Virus record (IMG/VR): IMGVR_UViG_3300042923_000474
Location: 62,001 to 126,000 of that record
DNA: 64,000 nt
Strand: one strand, 5' to 3'
Shown here in pieces: positions 1 through 10,744 of this stretch. The notes under the pieces are model-generated. The model had not been told where the DNA came from. It did not search any database and saw only the letters and a list, made by a program, of their open reading frames with translations. Every line of letters begins with the position of its first letter. Positions within the stretch are counted from its first letter, which is position 1. The position numbers and the translations under genes are program-made.

Positions 1-2
1 CC

Positions 3-2327
3 ATGCATTACAACGGCGGAGGTCTGCCCTTCCCTGCAGATAGCCTGATCAACGGTAACTGGATCAGCGACCCGATGAATGCTCAACTACCTGTTCCCCA
101 AAAGCAGGTATTCGCCCAATATCCACAAGTTCAGTGGGTGCTGGGATTTACCGCAGCATTGTTGGTTACGGCATTGCAAGACAAATCGCGTGGCGGTCCT
201 GTGTCGACATTCGCGTACAACCTGTTCTCCAGCAACGGTTACAACAACCAGTTCTGGCTGACCATCGTGGACGAAGCTTCTGACTTCGCGCTGGCTCAGT
301 TGCAGGCATCACCTCAGCACAATGCTCAGCAGGTGGTGGCGGGTGCAGTGAACTTCTACTCTGACTACGCGGCCGCTGCTTGCGTGCTCAAGTGGCCTGA
401 TCTGCAACGCTGGCTTCAACCAGACCAGCTGGCACGCTGCCAGCAGGCAATCAACCAGTGGCATGCGGCGAACGGCCATCAGGCTGCAGCGCCCATTCCA
501 AGCAACACGGCGAACTACGCAACGGCGAACGTGGGTGCAGGTATCACAACCCCGAGCGCCAGTTCCTTTGCGTACAACGTCCAACCCCTCGAAGCTTCTT
601 CTAAGTACGGTGGTCGTCCGAAAGTAAAACCGGATGCCCGTCGCTTGCAAGGAGAACCTACTGACGATCTGAAGGATCTGGGCGTGACTGAAGTCGATAG
701 CATCGGTAAGCAGCAACAGCCAACACCTACGCAGTTGCAGCAACCCGCTATGGCCTCGGCTGGCGGTGCAGCACCTGTCGTGCGTCGTCGTCCACGTCCT
801 ACGCCGCTCGCGGCTGAAGCGATCGTGGTGACTGACAACGCCGGTCAACCTATCCAGCCGAACATTCAGCCTCAACAAGCTGAACGTCCACCGCAGGACA
901 TCCCTCGTGAAGCTCCGCAGGAATTCCTGCCGATGGATCAGGGCATTCCTTCTCTGGACGTGTTGGGCGTGGATGAAAGCGAGTGGGGCGAAATCCCTGC
1001 CTCGCACACCGGTGGCGCTGCTGCGGTAGTTGACAACGATACCCCGCCGGACGATTACGCGATTCACACCAGTGGTCGTTTCCTGATCCGTCCAAAGCAC
1101 AATGACGTGGTTCTGCCTAGCACCTTGGAAGACGCTCAGCTGGAAGAAGAAGACGACCTGGAAATCATTCAGATCTCTTCCCTGCCAGTCGAAGGCGACT
1201 ACTCGGCGCTGGAACTGGAAGATGGCAACGTTGCCGTTGTGGTTGCTCACGACGACACCGGCCGTACTTGGACGGTTGCTCAACCGCACAACTTCCCGTA
1301 CAGCCCACTCACCCACATCCGCTACCTCGTGCACGTCGACGACGATCTCAAGTACGAGGCATTCATGCCGCGAGACCCAGACGTGGAATACGAAGACCTG
1401 GAATTCGATGCGGCCAAACGCATCTCGGCGCGTCAACTGCGTCTGTCGGACAAGACCATCCTGGCTGACCTGTCGGTCATCACCGAGATCGTCCCTGCGG
1501 GTGCTCCGTACACGCTCATCGGTGCTACCGAAGATCTGGTGCGTGCATCTCAATCGGCCGACCAAGGCGCTGCACTGGAAGCTGTAGAACGTTTCCAAGG
1601 CAAGCTGACGTGGTTCGAAGGTACGCTGGAAGAAACCGCCCTGCACAAGGCGCTGTACCGTGTGGACAGTTTCTTCGATCAGGTCAAGGCGCGCAATGCG
1701 GTTATCGTGGCCTACGCCAGCGACACAGTGTCGTTCGTGGCTCACGGCATGGGTACCAAGATCAAAGAACTCAACACGGCACAACACAATCAGCGGCTGG
1801 CTAAACTGCTGCTGTTCGTTCGTGATCTGGAAACCGTGGTGCCACGAGCATTCGTGTACCTCAATGACTGGATGACGCGTGAAGTCAACCGTGTCCTGCA
1901 ATACGAAACGGGGCTCGCTGAGTACACCGTGACTGACTTCGCCCAGGATTACTTCGAACTCATCGAGATGGTTGAGGCGGAGAAGGGCGAACTGGCGGCC
2001 GAGAAGATCGGTACCGTCTTGAACGGCGTGGCACATGGCCTGACGATTGCCTACACTGGAATCGACCTCATGGTGACGCATGCCTACTCGGTAGTTGGTT
2101 TGCCGGTGGGGCTGGCTAGCTTCAAGTTGGAGACGGCGTCTGGGGAGGCGTTCGTTGTTAATTCCACTTGGGGTCCAGAGCTGAACGCTTTGCTGGATGA
2201 GGCAAAGAAAGATGAGGCGCGTCCTTTGAACATCAAAACTTACCTAAGCGGCCGCGATGGTGAGGTGTTTGAAGTGCGCGAGTCCGCTTGGGACGACGGC
2301 TACAAGATGCTCGTTCGTGTGAAGTAA
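3..2327 (+). CDS. Large hypothetical protein (774 aa) with a Gln/Pro-rich disordered middle; start at the window edge
   Basis: Long ORF, codon usage like neighbours, ends before a hairpin terminator; no motif recognised. Confidence 0.75.
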   Translation: MHYNGGGLPFPADSLINGNWISDPMNAQLPVPQKQVFAQYPQVQWVLGFTAALLVTALQDKSRGGPVSTFAYNLFSSNGYNNQFWLTIVDEASDFALAQLQASPQHNAQQVVAGAVNFYSDYAAAACVLKWPDLQRWLQPDQLARCQQAINQWHAANGHQAAAPIPSNTANYATANVGAGITTPSASSFAYNVQPLEASSKYGGRPKVKPDARRLQGEPTDDLKDLGVTEVDSIGKQQQPTPTQLQQPAMASAGGAAPVVRRRPRPTPLAAEAIVVTDNAGQPIQPNIQPQQAERPPQDIPREAPQEFLPMDQGIPSLDVLGVDESEWGEIPASHTGGAAAVVDNDTPPDDYAIHTSGRFLIRPKHNDVVLPSTLEDAQLEEEDDLEIIQISSLPVEGDYSALELEDGNVAVVVAHDDTGRTWTVAQPHNFPYSPLTHIRYLVHVDDDLKYEAFMPRDPDVEYEDLEFDAAKRISARQLRLSDKTILADLSVITEIVPAGAPYTLIGATEDLVRASQSADQGAALEAVERFQGKLTWFEGTLEETALHKALYRVDSFFDQVKARNAVIVAYASDTVSFVAHGMGTKIKELNTAQHNQRLAKLLLFVRDLETVVPRAFVYLNDWMTREVNRVLQYETGLAEYTVTDFAQDYFELIEMVEAEKGELAAEKIGTVLNGVAHGLTIAYTGIDLMVTHAYSVVGLPVGLASFKLETASGEAFVVNSTWGPELNALLDEAKKDEARPLNIKTYLSGRDGEVFEVRESAWDDGYKMLVRVK

Positions 2328-2393
2328 CTTCGACTAACCCTTCCATTAACTTGACAACCCCGGATTGACACCCAACGAAAGCGCCTAATAAGC

Positions 2394-2452
2394 GCATAGA
2401 CTCCAGGCCCACCGGGGGCCTGGAGTCACTTTCACCTATGCTATTTTTTTTT
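2394..2452. terminator. Bidirectional hairpin terminator, GCATA...TATGC flanked, with a + strand T-tract
   Basis: GACTCCAGGCCC/GGGCCTGGAGTC stem between convergent genes; TATGC 2437-2441 then a T-run. Confidence 0.85.
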
Positions 2453-2455
2453 GTC

Positions 2456-5197
2456 TCAGACAGTGCTGTCGTCGTTGGAGCTGTCGTCACTGGTGCTGGA
2501 AGAATCATCCTCGGAAGAGGAATCACCCGAGTCATCACCAAAGTCGAACTCACCACCATCGCCATCGCCGTCTTCGTCGCCCATGTCGAAGTCACCGAAG
2601 TCGTCATCGCCCCCGAAGTCAGAGTCGAAGTCGTCACCACCGCTACCACCACCTGTGGTCTCTGAACCCTCACCGGCCTCAGTGCCCTCAACACGGTTAG
2701 CATCCAGACGCTCCTTGAGAGTCGCCATCTGGTTCTCACTGATGAGTGCGGCAGAGTACAGCTGTAGGCCCATGCCTTGGATGATCTTGGTAAGACGCCC
2801 TGCGTTGACCACACCGTCCATAACCAGCATGCTGCCTGGATCTTCGGCGGTGTCGTTCTTGAACAGGTTGGTAACCTCTGGCAAGATCGAGTTGCTGCGG
2901 CAGTAATCGAGCACCAGCGTAGACTTCACAGATGCCTTCAGTACAGCCACCCACTCGTTCGCACTTTCACCCGTCACGTTCGACTGCATCAGATCGTCAG
3001 GAACAATGTTGTCCAAGACTTTCTCAACAGCGGTCACGTAGTCGTCAAGATCGGTCATGCGGTTGGCAAGGCCGGTATCAGGACGAGGGAGGGTGCAGGT
3101 ATAGATCGAGAAGAAAGCTGTGATGAAATAATCTTCACCGAGCTTGGCCACAATCTTCTTGTCCATCTTGTCGACGTGGTTACCCACAGCCTTACGCATC
3201 TTATCCATGTAGCCCTTGTGGTTAAGGACCAACTTGATAAGTGTTTCGCGGATGAACAGGTTAGTGCGATCTTGCAATGCCAGTGCACGTTTGAGCGACA
3301 GTTCGTTCGAGGTCGCCATCTTGGACGAGAACTCGATCTGAGTCGACAGGTCCACAATCTCTGGTGCCAGACCAAAGCCCATGGTTTGCCGCTTACGCAG
3401 ATCTTCATCCAGATCCAGGTTGACTTCCTTGTACTCAACCGGGCGAGAGTCGATAGACACCTCGGTACCAGGGTAGTTGTCACCACCCTTCACAGATACG
3501 GCCAGACCAGAGTTCTGAGCCACTTCAACCATACGACGAGGGTTGGAGCTAGCCCATGGAATGGAGTTGCCGCGGTTACGAGCGTACTCGTGGAGAATCA
3601 TCTCCTTGGTACGAGACTTGTTAGGGTCATCCTCGTCCACTGTGATGTTGAGCGTACGGTGATCGATCGAGTTGCGGATGTGCGTTTCGATGTTCATGAA
3701 CATGGTCAGTGCACGGATAGAGGACAGGATCTTGTTGTCTTCCATCAGCGAACGGCCAGTACCGTTGTCGTTGTAGTCGTACGTCCAGTAGATCACCATG
3801 TCGGCAGGGACATAAACCACACGAGTCTGCTTACCCGCCAGCGCTCGTTCGAACATCAGGTCGTAAGCCATTTCCACACGGCTCACGGTCACGTTACCCA
3901 CCGAACCATGCAACAGACGATTCTCGATGTCACGCAGAGCCAACTCACGGAAAGCCTGCACCGCTTGCATCGTCATCAACTGTTGGGAGAAACCATCCTC
4001 CATGTTCAGCTGGTCTGCCATGTTATTCAGCATGCCAGAGACAGCGTTACGGTTGTTGAACACACCCGCTGAGATGTTACGCATGTAATCGCTACGGGCC
4101 GAACGACTGATGAAGGCGCCGAACTCATCGAGCAAGAACAGGTAACCCACAGGTTTGCTCGGACTGCCTGGACGCACTACAGGCATGCAGGATTCAGTTG
4201 GAGCACCTTTCCACAAAGGAGGACCTACCGCTTCGCGGCTGGCTTCTTCCTGACGCATCATCATGACGATGTCTTCAGGCTTGTGGTCTGGACTGTGGTA
4301 CATGGCTTCGATGTTGCCGAACATGCTGTTGCCACCAAACGACTCAATGGCCATGTTGGTTTGCGTACGCTTGATCGAGGAGACGATGTCTTCCAGCTTC
4401 ATCATCTGCGGGTTATCAAACAGCTCAGGCATCACAAAGCCTGTCAGCTTGCTGAAGTCCCACTTGTTGCCATCCATCATGGTACCCGCTACTTTGAGCG
4501 GTTCGAGCTTGTCGACAACCTCAGGCGGTCTGGACAGGCCATCCAGCATGCTCTCCAGCGTCATCTTCACGCCGGCAGCTGGAGCGGTCTTTGGACCATT
4601 GGCCATGAAGCCGCGGGGCTTGCTGATGTCGTTGTAGAGACCCTTCTCACGGAACGATTCCAACGTGATCTTGTGCGCACCCCGGCCATTGATCAAGTCG
4701 TCCAACGAGTTCTCAGGGATGACGATAGAAACGTCAGCACCTTCAGAGACTAAGGCCTTACGCAGTTTTTCCTGCAAAAGGGACTTAATCTTATAGTTCT
4801 GCTCGGCCTCCTTCAAGATTTCGAGCATCTCCTGTGCCATTTCGGCAACCAGGATATTCGGTTCAACGGCATGCTTGAGTTCGATCTTGTCGATGTCTTT
4901 GGGTGTCAGAATCAACGACAACAGAACCTGGATGCAGAGTTCAATCTCCGGCAGCATGGCCATGTGGTTTTTGTAGTCGTCGATGTTTGTAGCCATGACA
5001 TCGGCGGATTCTTGCAGGTAGCCAAAGTTACCCAAGTAAGGACTGTCGGTACGCTCGCGACTTTCGCCGTTAGGGTCGCGAATCATCTTTGACATGATGG
5101 TGTTGTTATCAACACCCGCTCGACTGTGCGGGAGTCGGGTATTGGGTGCGCCAGAACGAATGACGTTCTGAGCAGAGACTCGACCTGACGGGTTCAT
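2456..5197 (-). CDS. Portal protein, phiKZ gp129-like (start moved to ATG 5197)
   Basis: About 900 aa, head-to-head with a gp128-like gene as recalled for phiKZ-like phages; AAGGA RBS before 5197; acidic Gly/Asp C-terminal tail. Confidence 0.7.
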   Translation of the reverse strand: MNPSGRVSAQNVIRSGAPNTRLPHSRAGVDNNTIMSKMIRDPNGESRERTDSPYLGNFGYLQESADVMATNIDDYKNHMAMLPEIELCIQVLLSLILTPKDIDKIELKHAVEPNILVAEMAQEMLEILKEAEQNYKIKSLLQEKLRKALVSEGADVSIVIPENSLDDLINGRGAHKITLESFREKGLYNDISKPRGFMANGPKTAPAAGVKMTLESMLDGLSRPPEVVDKLEPLKVAGTMMDGNKWDFSKLTGFVMPELFDNPQMMKLEDIVSSIKRTQTNMAIESFGGNSMFGNIEAMYHSPDHKPEDIVMMMRQEEASREAVGPPLWKGAPTESCMPVVRPGSPSKPVGYLFLLDEFGAFISRSARSDYMRNISAGVFNNRNAVSGMLNNMADQLNMEDGFSQQLMTMQAVQAFRELALRDIENRLLHGSVGNVTVSRVEMAYDLMFERALAGKQTRVVYVPADMVIYWTYDYNDNGTGRSLMEDNKILSSIRALTMFMNIETHIRNSIDHRTLNITVDEDDPNKSRTKEMILHEYARNRGNSIPWASSNPRRMVEVAQNSGLAVSVKGGDNYPGTEVSIDSRPVEYKEVNLDLDEDLRKRQTMGFGLAPEIVDLSTQIEFSSKMATSNELSLKRALALQDRTNLFIRETLIKLVLNHKGYMDKMRKAVGNHVDKMDKKIVAKLGEDYFITAFFSIYTCTLPRPDTGLANRMTDLDDYVTAVEKVLDNIVPDDLMQSNVTGESANEWVAVLKASVKSTLVLDYCRSNSILPEVTNLFKNDTAEDPGSMLVMDGVVNAGRLTKIIQGMGLQLYSAALISENQMATLKERLDANRVEGTEAGEGSETTGGGSGGDDFDSDFGGDDDFGDFDMGDEDGDGDGGEFDFGDDSGDSSSEDDSSSTSDDSSNDDSTV

Positions 5198-5243
5198 CGT
5201 ACGTCCTTCTTTTACAGGTGTCACAATTTTTGGGGTGCTGGCG

Positions 5244-7529
5244 ATGGCCAACGACTATTATCAAATCTACCGCGATAGCGTAAAGCGGATGGCCCGAACT
5301 ATGGTCATTCGTCATGACCTCAGCGCTCAGGCTACAAACCGTTACCTCATCAATGCCGGTATTCCCGTGGGCGATGATAGACGAGGCTGGCGTTACTACA
5401 TGAATATCGCCGGACTATATCATTCTACTAATGAAATGATGCAGGTCCAAAGTCTTGACACACGGGAAATGATTGACTTCACCCGCGAGAACATGGCCAT
5501 CCACCGGGCTACGGCTCGGGGCTACGCTTACGGTACTCGCTACTACAAAGAGCTGGTGGCTCAGTGGGGGCGACAAGAGCGACTGATTAAAGGCATCATT
5601 AACCCAGTGGACATTGATGTGGCTATCAATGCTCGGGAGAATGAGATCCTCTGGATTGATCCTTTGCTCATGAGTGAGAACGAGGACAACCTCAAGTTAC
5701 TCATCCAAAGTCAGATCGATGCAACAATGGATCGCTGGCATGTCGAGATGTACTCGTTGACCGAGAGCCTCTACGACTGCTCACGCTACGTGAACCTTTA
5801 TGCCCACATGCCGGCCTTCATCGAGTTCGCTCGTTGGAAGAACAGCCGTACAGAGCGGGCACACAGCTTCTACATCCGTCAGTTCCTCGCAGCCAACGGT
5901 CGATTGGACCAATGGTTCGATGCGATGAGTCTGGAACAGCGTTTGTTCTTCTACCGCAACCTGCCTTACCTGCACCGTTACCCGGGTTGGCAGGACACGT
6001 TCGACTGGCTCAAGGTCGAGGTGTTGGAAAAACGTCTGTTCCCATTGGCCGACTATCGACTGATTCAAAACGTCGAGAACATGCCGAATGACCTGACGCC
6101 GGCTGTGGAACTGATCCGTCAGGAAACCACTGCAGACTACGCTGGGATCAAGCCTACCAAGGCCTCGGTGCGGGATGTGTTGGTGAAGCAGCAACGCTTG
6201 GCACTGCGCAACGCCGAGACGCTGGAAGAGAACGAGATCGAAACAACTCAGTTGATGAGCAATGCTCAGGTCAGCGAGATGCAGACCAAGGTGTTGGAAT
6301 CGGACGTGCTGGACATGACCGATAGCCAGATCTTTAAGCTCGAAGAGTTTCTGATCAACCACTGGGCCTATCTGGCCTTAGAGGAACGTTACCTTGCCAT
6401 CGTAACCGTTGAACACCCTCGCACCGGTGAGCCTATCCAGTTGTCTGCACTGGATGCGTTCATTCTGTTCCTGTACGTGTACAACAAGTCCGTGCTGCAA
6501 GACCTGACACTGGTACCCGACATTCATGTCAGCTGCGTGTTGAAAGATCCAAAGCCTAGCGCCAAGGAAATGTTCGATGTCTGCTGCTTGGGCAAGAATG
6601 CTTCTATCAACCACGCCAATGCACTCTGGGACATGATCCCTGAGTTCACCTCCTACATCTCTACTGAATCGTTCTACAACGCTGTGAATGCTTTGTACAA
6701 CGCCGCAGTGGATCAGCACAACTTGGCAGCCTTCCAAGGCCACTTACAAACGCGTGCTGAAGTGGAGGCCATGGGCCTTTACATGTTCATGGACTACGGC
6801 GTAAGTCTAGCTGGTGAAGTGCCATACGACGATTGGATGAATGTGCGGGGTCTGTCCACGATCCGTGACCTGAACCAGACAGAGTGTGAAGGCTTGTCTT
6901 CTGCTCTGCTGCAAAGTGCTACGGGGATGGACCTCAACGTCTCGCTGTCGTTGAACGATATCCACAAGGCCATGATCGGCATCATGCAGCGCCTGTCGTC
7001 TTATTCGGTTCACTATGTGCGCCTGATGAACGACTCGCCACTGCGTCCGATCGACCTTAAGTGGATTCGTATTGGTGACACGCTCGGTACAGGTGAAGGG
7101 CATCACGAGTTCGATATCCTGAAACTCAAGGAGATCCACAGTAAGGGTCAGCTCAAGGGTAACTCGGTATTGCCGAACCTTGACAACATGCAGGTGCAGG
7201 AGTGGGAGACGGATCTGGCGGGTACATCGATGATGATGTTCGGCCTGACGTTTGAACAGCAGACCGAGAAGCATGGCCACTCGTACATTGAGATGCCACG
7301 TCTGCGGATGTTTGAACCCGTACTGCGTCCAGTGACAGACCTGTCGGTCTACAAGCTTTCCACAGACATCATCGTGGGGCCACTGGACCCAGAGGCAGAG
7401 CACGTGGGTGAGGTGATCTCTACTCGCTACTTGTCCGGCCTGAACTACCCGAACCATGCCAGTGAACTGACACCGCTGGATCGCGTGATCACCAACGTTA
7501 ACCTCAGGGGGCTTGAGTACCCTGAATAA
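5244..7529 (+). CDS. Virion structural/baseplate wedge-like protein, phiKZ gp128-like
   Basis: 761 aa; WRYYMNIAGLYH N-terminal block recalled from this family; synteny with portal. Confidence 0.6.
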   Translation: MANDYYQIYRDSVKRMARTMVIRHDLSAQATNRYLINAGIPVGDDRRGWRYYMNIAGLYHSTNEMMQVQSLDTREMIDFTRENMAIHRATARGYAYGTRYYKELVAQWGRQERLIKGIINPVDIDVAINARENEILWIDPLLMSENEDNLKLLIQSQIDATMDRWHVEMYSLTESLYDCSRYVNLYAHMPAFIEFARWKNSRTERAHSFYIRQFLAANGRLDQWFDAMSLEQRLFFYRNLPYLHRYPGWQDTFDWLKVEVLEKRLFPLADYRLIQNVENMPNDLTPAVELIRQETTADYAGIKPTKASVRDVLVKQQRLALRNAETLEENEIETTQLMSNAQVSEMQTKVLESDVLDMTDSQIFKLEEFLINHWAYLALEERYLAIVTVEHPRTGEPIQLSALDAFILFLYVYNKSVLQDLTLVPDIHVSCVLKDPKPSAKEMFDVCCLGKNASINHANALWDMIPEFTSYISTESFYNAVNALYNAAVDQHNLAAFQGHLQTRAEVEAMGLYMFMDYGVSLAGEVPYDDWMNVRGLSTIRDLNQTECEGLSSALLQSATGMDLNVSLSLNDIHKAMIGIMQRLSSYSVHYVRLMNDSPLRPIDLKWIRIGDTLGTGEGHHEFDILKLKEIHSKGQLKGNSVLPNLDNMQVQEWETDLAGTSMMMFGLTFEQQTEKHGHSYIEMPRLRMFEPVLRPVTDLSVYKLSTDIIVGPLDPEAEHVGEVISTRYLSGLNYPNHASELTPLDRVITNVNLRGLEYPE

Positions 7530-7546
7530 GGTGACTCCCCTCTAAG

Positions 7547-7575
7547 AGACGGGCCCAGTGCCCGTCTATTTTTTT
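7547..7575 (+). terminator. Classical intrinsic terminator
   Basis: AGACGGGC-CCAGT-GCCCGTCT followed by ATTTTTTT. Confidence 0.8.
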
Positions 7576-7593
7576 GTCAAATGGAAGAACATC

Positions 7594-8814
7594 ATGAGCG
7601 AGTTCTATGCTGCTCGGGCGGCGAGACTGCCCCCCAAAGACTTTGTGTTGTTCTTGTTCAACCATGTCTCTGGCCTGAACATCAACTCCTACGAGGCTGA
7701 AGTGTCTGCCCCGCTGGGGAAAGATGCCCAAGGCCGTACGGTGGTGAACATCCGTGGATTGGGTCAACCCGGTCCTAACGGAGACGGTGGCTACATTAAC
7801 CGTGCCGAGTTCGCCTATCGTCGTACACCGCTGGATCAGATCGATCTACCTACCGACGGTAGTTTCTTTGATGTGATTGGTTCTCGTCCGACGTTCGTTG
7901 AGATCGTGGATGAGCTGCGTCGTCGTACACAGTTGGGTTGCACAGTGGCCGACTTTATTCCCACGGAGTATCGCTCTGACCAAACCACAGGTTACGTGCT
8001 CAAGGCCGACCCCAACAGTCTGCGCTTTGAAGGCCGGGTCAACATCGGCAACCCACGTCGTGCCAACATCGATGAGTTCATCCCAGCCGACATCGGTGAA
8101 CTGACCTTCGAACAGTACGACGGCATCTTTGACCTGAACTTGAATCGCATCCCGATCAACTTCGACGTCACTGAGTACCCAGACCAGATCACCAAACTGG
8201 CGAAGGGTTACAAGATCCGTACCAATGACTTGGTCCTGTTCAGCCTGTTGCAGGTGCAAGCCGACTACAGTGGTCTGCCATTGACCAACGACACAACGCC
8301 AAATGACCTGCTCAACGTCTACCAAGCGGAAGTGACCTACCACGGTCCTCTACGTCAGGATGCCGATGACAAGCATTTGTTTGCCAGTCGTGATCGGGTG
8401 ATTGAGTTGACCCCCTCCAAGGTCTATGCCCCACGGGCTCAGGGTGTGCTCAAGCTCTACTACTCCACCGATGTTCCAGCCTCCCCGGTATTGGCCAGCC
8501 AGAACATCTACGCACTGAACCTACTGTCTACGCCCGCTTCTGGCAGTGCACAGGCAGCGTTCTGGGCGCAGTGCGTGAAAGGTAGACTGTTGGACCAAAA
8601 TGGGACAGCAGGGGTTATCTCCACGGCGTTCCAAGCCGCATTTGGGATAACATATGACCCCATCCTCAAGCAGGCGTTGAAAGTGACCTATAATGGCCCC
8701 GCTCGACCTATCGATCAGGTGCCCGCTGGCAAGACGACCTGCAACGTCTGTGAGCTTTCTGTTGTGGACAGCCCACTTGACTTCATCTACGGCCCAGGCA
8801 AGGTGTACTACTGA
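7594..8814 (+). CDS. Putative virion (tail/baseplate) protein
   Basis: 406 aa ORF in the structural operon, coupled to the next gene by a TGATG overlap. Confidence 0.6.
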   Translation: MSEFYAARAARLPPKDFVLFLFNHVSGLNINSYEAEVSAPLGKDAQGRTVVNIRGLGQPGPNGDGGYINRAEFAYRRTPLDQIDLPTDGSFFDVIGSRPTFVEIVDELRRRTQLGCTVADFIPTEYRSDQTTGYVLKADPNSLRFEGRVNIGNPRRANIDEFIPADIGELTFEQYDGIFDLNLNRIPINFDVTEYPDQITKLAKGYKIRTNDLVLFSLLQVQADYSGLPLTNDTTPNDLLNVYQAEVTYHGPLRQDADDKHLFASRDRVIELTPSKVYAPRAQGVLKLYYSTDVPASPVLASQNIYALNLLSTPASGSAQAAFWAQCVKGRLLDQNGTAGVISTAFQAAFGITYDPILKQALKVTYNGPARPIDQVPAGKTTCNVCELSVVDSPLDFIYGPGKVYY

Positions 8815-9380
8815 TGAGCGCTATCATTGACCTTCTTGCCGTGTCGCAAGAGGAAGCCATCATGCGCAACCTCGCAGAGCGCATGGGGGTGGACTTCGAG
8901 TTGATCCATCCCAAATACTTCACGTTCACGTACAACCAATTGGATGACGTGCGCGTGGCTATTCAAATTCGTGCACGAGCACAAACTGTCAATGGTGAGA
9001 AGTCTCCATGGCAGGCTGACCGCACCGTGCAGTTCCACCGTGCCAAGTTGCGAGGCCTGGCCAGCCAACGGATGCTCAATGTCAATTGGGTATCAGGCAT
9101 GGCCATCGAACACATTCTGCGCGCCCTGAAGCTGACCCACAGCTTTAATGTGTCGGCCAGCGAACTTGAGTTCCAGCAGGCTGATGGCAGTTGGATTCAA
9201 TTGGCTGAGTCCTATCGCCCTGTGGTCAAGACTCTGTACTGCCGCTTTGCTGCATCGCAAGGTCGGTTCCTGCCCAGCTCCAGCCAGTTCACGGTGGTGC
9301 TGTCCGATACCCAGCGTAATGACTTGGGCGAATACCTGCGCATCATCTCGGCAGGTACCGTAACGGGAGCACTGCAATGA
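8814..9380 (+). CDS. Hypothetical protein, probably virion-associated
   Basis: 188 aa, start/stop overlaps on both sides. Confidence 0.6.
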   Translation: MSAIIDLLAVSQEEAIMRNLAERMGVDFELIHPKYFTFTYNQLDDVRVAIQIRARAQTVNGEKSPWQADRTVQFHRAKLRGLASQRMLNVNWVSGMAIEHILRALKLTHSFNVSASELEFQQADGSWIQLAESYRPVVKTLYCRFAASQGRFLPSSSQFTVVLSDTQRNDLGEYLRIISAGTVTGALQ

Positions 9381-9883
9381 GTGGAATGATTACCCGTGAT
9401 GAGTTGCGGGGTATCTCGGTGAGCGGTTTGATTACACTGTACGTTAACCGTGCGGGTGATCTGAACATCGAGTCCAAGCACCTCAAGCTGGAAACCGCTA
9501 CTCGACTGGAGAACGGCGATGTGCGGTGCAAGCTGACACCAGCGCCTGAAACTGGTTGGAATAACGGTCCTATCGAAGTCGTCATCCCACCTGTGCGTGT
9601 CGGTGAGGTCTACGACGAGACCGAGATTCAGTGGGCCGACATTGGCACCCACACGTTGGAGGAGGTGTTCAAGCAAGCCAACCTGCCTCCACCAGCCCCG
9701 TCCAGTGTAGAGGTTGAGGAATACCTGATGCTTGATCCAGGCCCAGAGCTGAAACTCAAGTATCGTTTGACCTACACACACGCTTTCTTCATGGGTGACG
9801 TGATTGTCCGCATCGCTGGTGCGCCTAACAATCTTGACTCCCTCGAATTCCTTAACAACCTTTTCATCAGGGCTGAGCAATGA
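9377..9883 (+). CDS. Hypothetical protein, probably virion-associated
   Basis: 168 aa, ATGA overlaps on both sides. Confidence 0.6.
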   Translation: MSGMITRDELRGISVSGLITLYVNRAGDLNIESKHLKLETATRLENGDVRCKLTPAPETGWNNGPIEVVIPPVRVGEVYDETEIQWADIGTHTLEEVFKQANLPPPAPSSVEVEEYLMLDPGPELKLKYRLTYTHAFFMGDVIVRIAGAPNNLDSLEFLNNLFIRAEQ

Positions 9884-10734
9884 AAACCACAGTCACCACC
9901 ATTTACGGCGCCTTTGTACAAGCGTGCCAGTTCTTCAAGCAGAAGTTCGTCTTGGTACCCAACACCACGCTGAACGAAAAGCTTGGCTTCATGGCGGGCG
10001 TTGCTCCAGCCGATAACGAGATGCCGAGCGTGCAGTGGGTGTGCATCGGTAACTGGGGTCACCGTAACGTCAATGACGCCACCGGTCGACCGTACACCGC
10101 CAGTAACCAACACTTGCCGAGCGATGCTGGTCTGTACGGCATGATCCCGTGGGTTGTGCGTCCGATCAACAATGACCTCACGGCCAATGAGAAGAAGCAG
10201 TACGGCGGTCGCGTTGTCAAGGAACACAACGGCGCACGTCTGGTGCTCTACTACCTGCGCAAGGTAGACACCACCACTGCAGTACCGGCCATGACGATCA
10301 ACGTCAAGATCAATGGTCAAGTGTCGTCCAAGCCATTCGTGCCGGATGCCTCCAACCTGTCGCCTACTCCGCCGGTCATTCAGAACGGTGAAGTGCTGGA
10401 AGCCTCCGGCGAATACCTGGCGGTCAAGTCGGTCATTGACATCATCATCACCGCTCAGGAAATCGAAGCCATCATCGAAGGCTGCCGTATCCTGGACGAC
10501 AACGAAGGTCTGGCCATCATCTCCGAGATCGGTTTGGTGTCGGGCGTTCCACGTCAGAACTCGGGTCAGGGTGCTGGTGGTAACAACATCCAGTACGACG
10601 AAGTCATCGCCGCGCAGATCGTAGGTATTCTCAACACCTACTACTCGCTGCCTGCTGCAAACAGTCAGATCCGTGAAACCATGACACTGGGTACCAGTGA
10701 CCCGATGCTGCTCAATACTGGCTTGACCAAGTAA
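9880..10734 (+). CDS. Virion structural protein, phiKZ gp139-like
   Basis: 284 aa; CIGNWGHRNV and IISEIGLVSGV blocks; directly upstream of RuvC as recalled for phiKZ. Confidence 0.6.
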   Translation: MKTTVTTIYGAFVQACQFFKQKFVLVPNTTLNEKLGFMAGVAPADNEMPSVQWVCIGNWGHRNVNDATGRPYTASNQHLPSDAGLYGMIPWVVRPINNDLTANEKKQYGGRVVKEHNGARLVLYYLRKVDTTTAVPAMTINVKINGQVSSKPFVPDASNLSPTPPVIQNGEVLEASGEYLAVKSVIDIIITAQEIEAIIEGCRILDDNEGLAIISEIGLVSGVPRQNSGQGAGGNNIQYDEVIAAQIVGILNTYYSLPAANSQIRETMTLGTSDPMLLNTGLTK

Positions 10735-10744
10735 GGGGCAACTC

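Noticed and set aside
309-2081. Long antisense ORFs (also 2777-4072, 16182-17705, 43316-44575, 47708-48967, 49170-50648, 59182-61296)
   Set aside because: They shadow well-supported genes on the opposite strand, lack RBSs and motifs, and are expected from codon bias.
2351-2393. Two TTGACA hexamers suggesting a sigma70 promoter
   Set aside because: No good -10 at 16-18 bp, and they point straight into a terminator.
2451-2906. Ser/Pro-rich plus-strand ORF
   Set aside because: It is the reverse complement of the Gly/Asp-rich portal tail.
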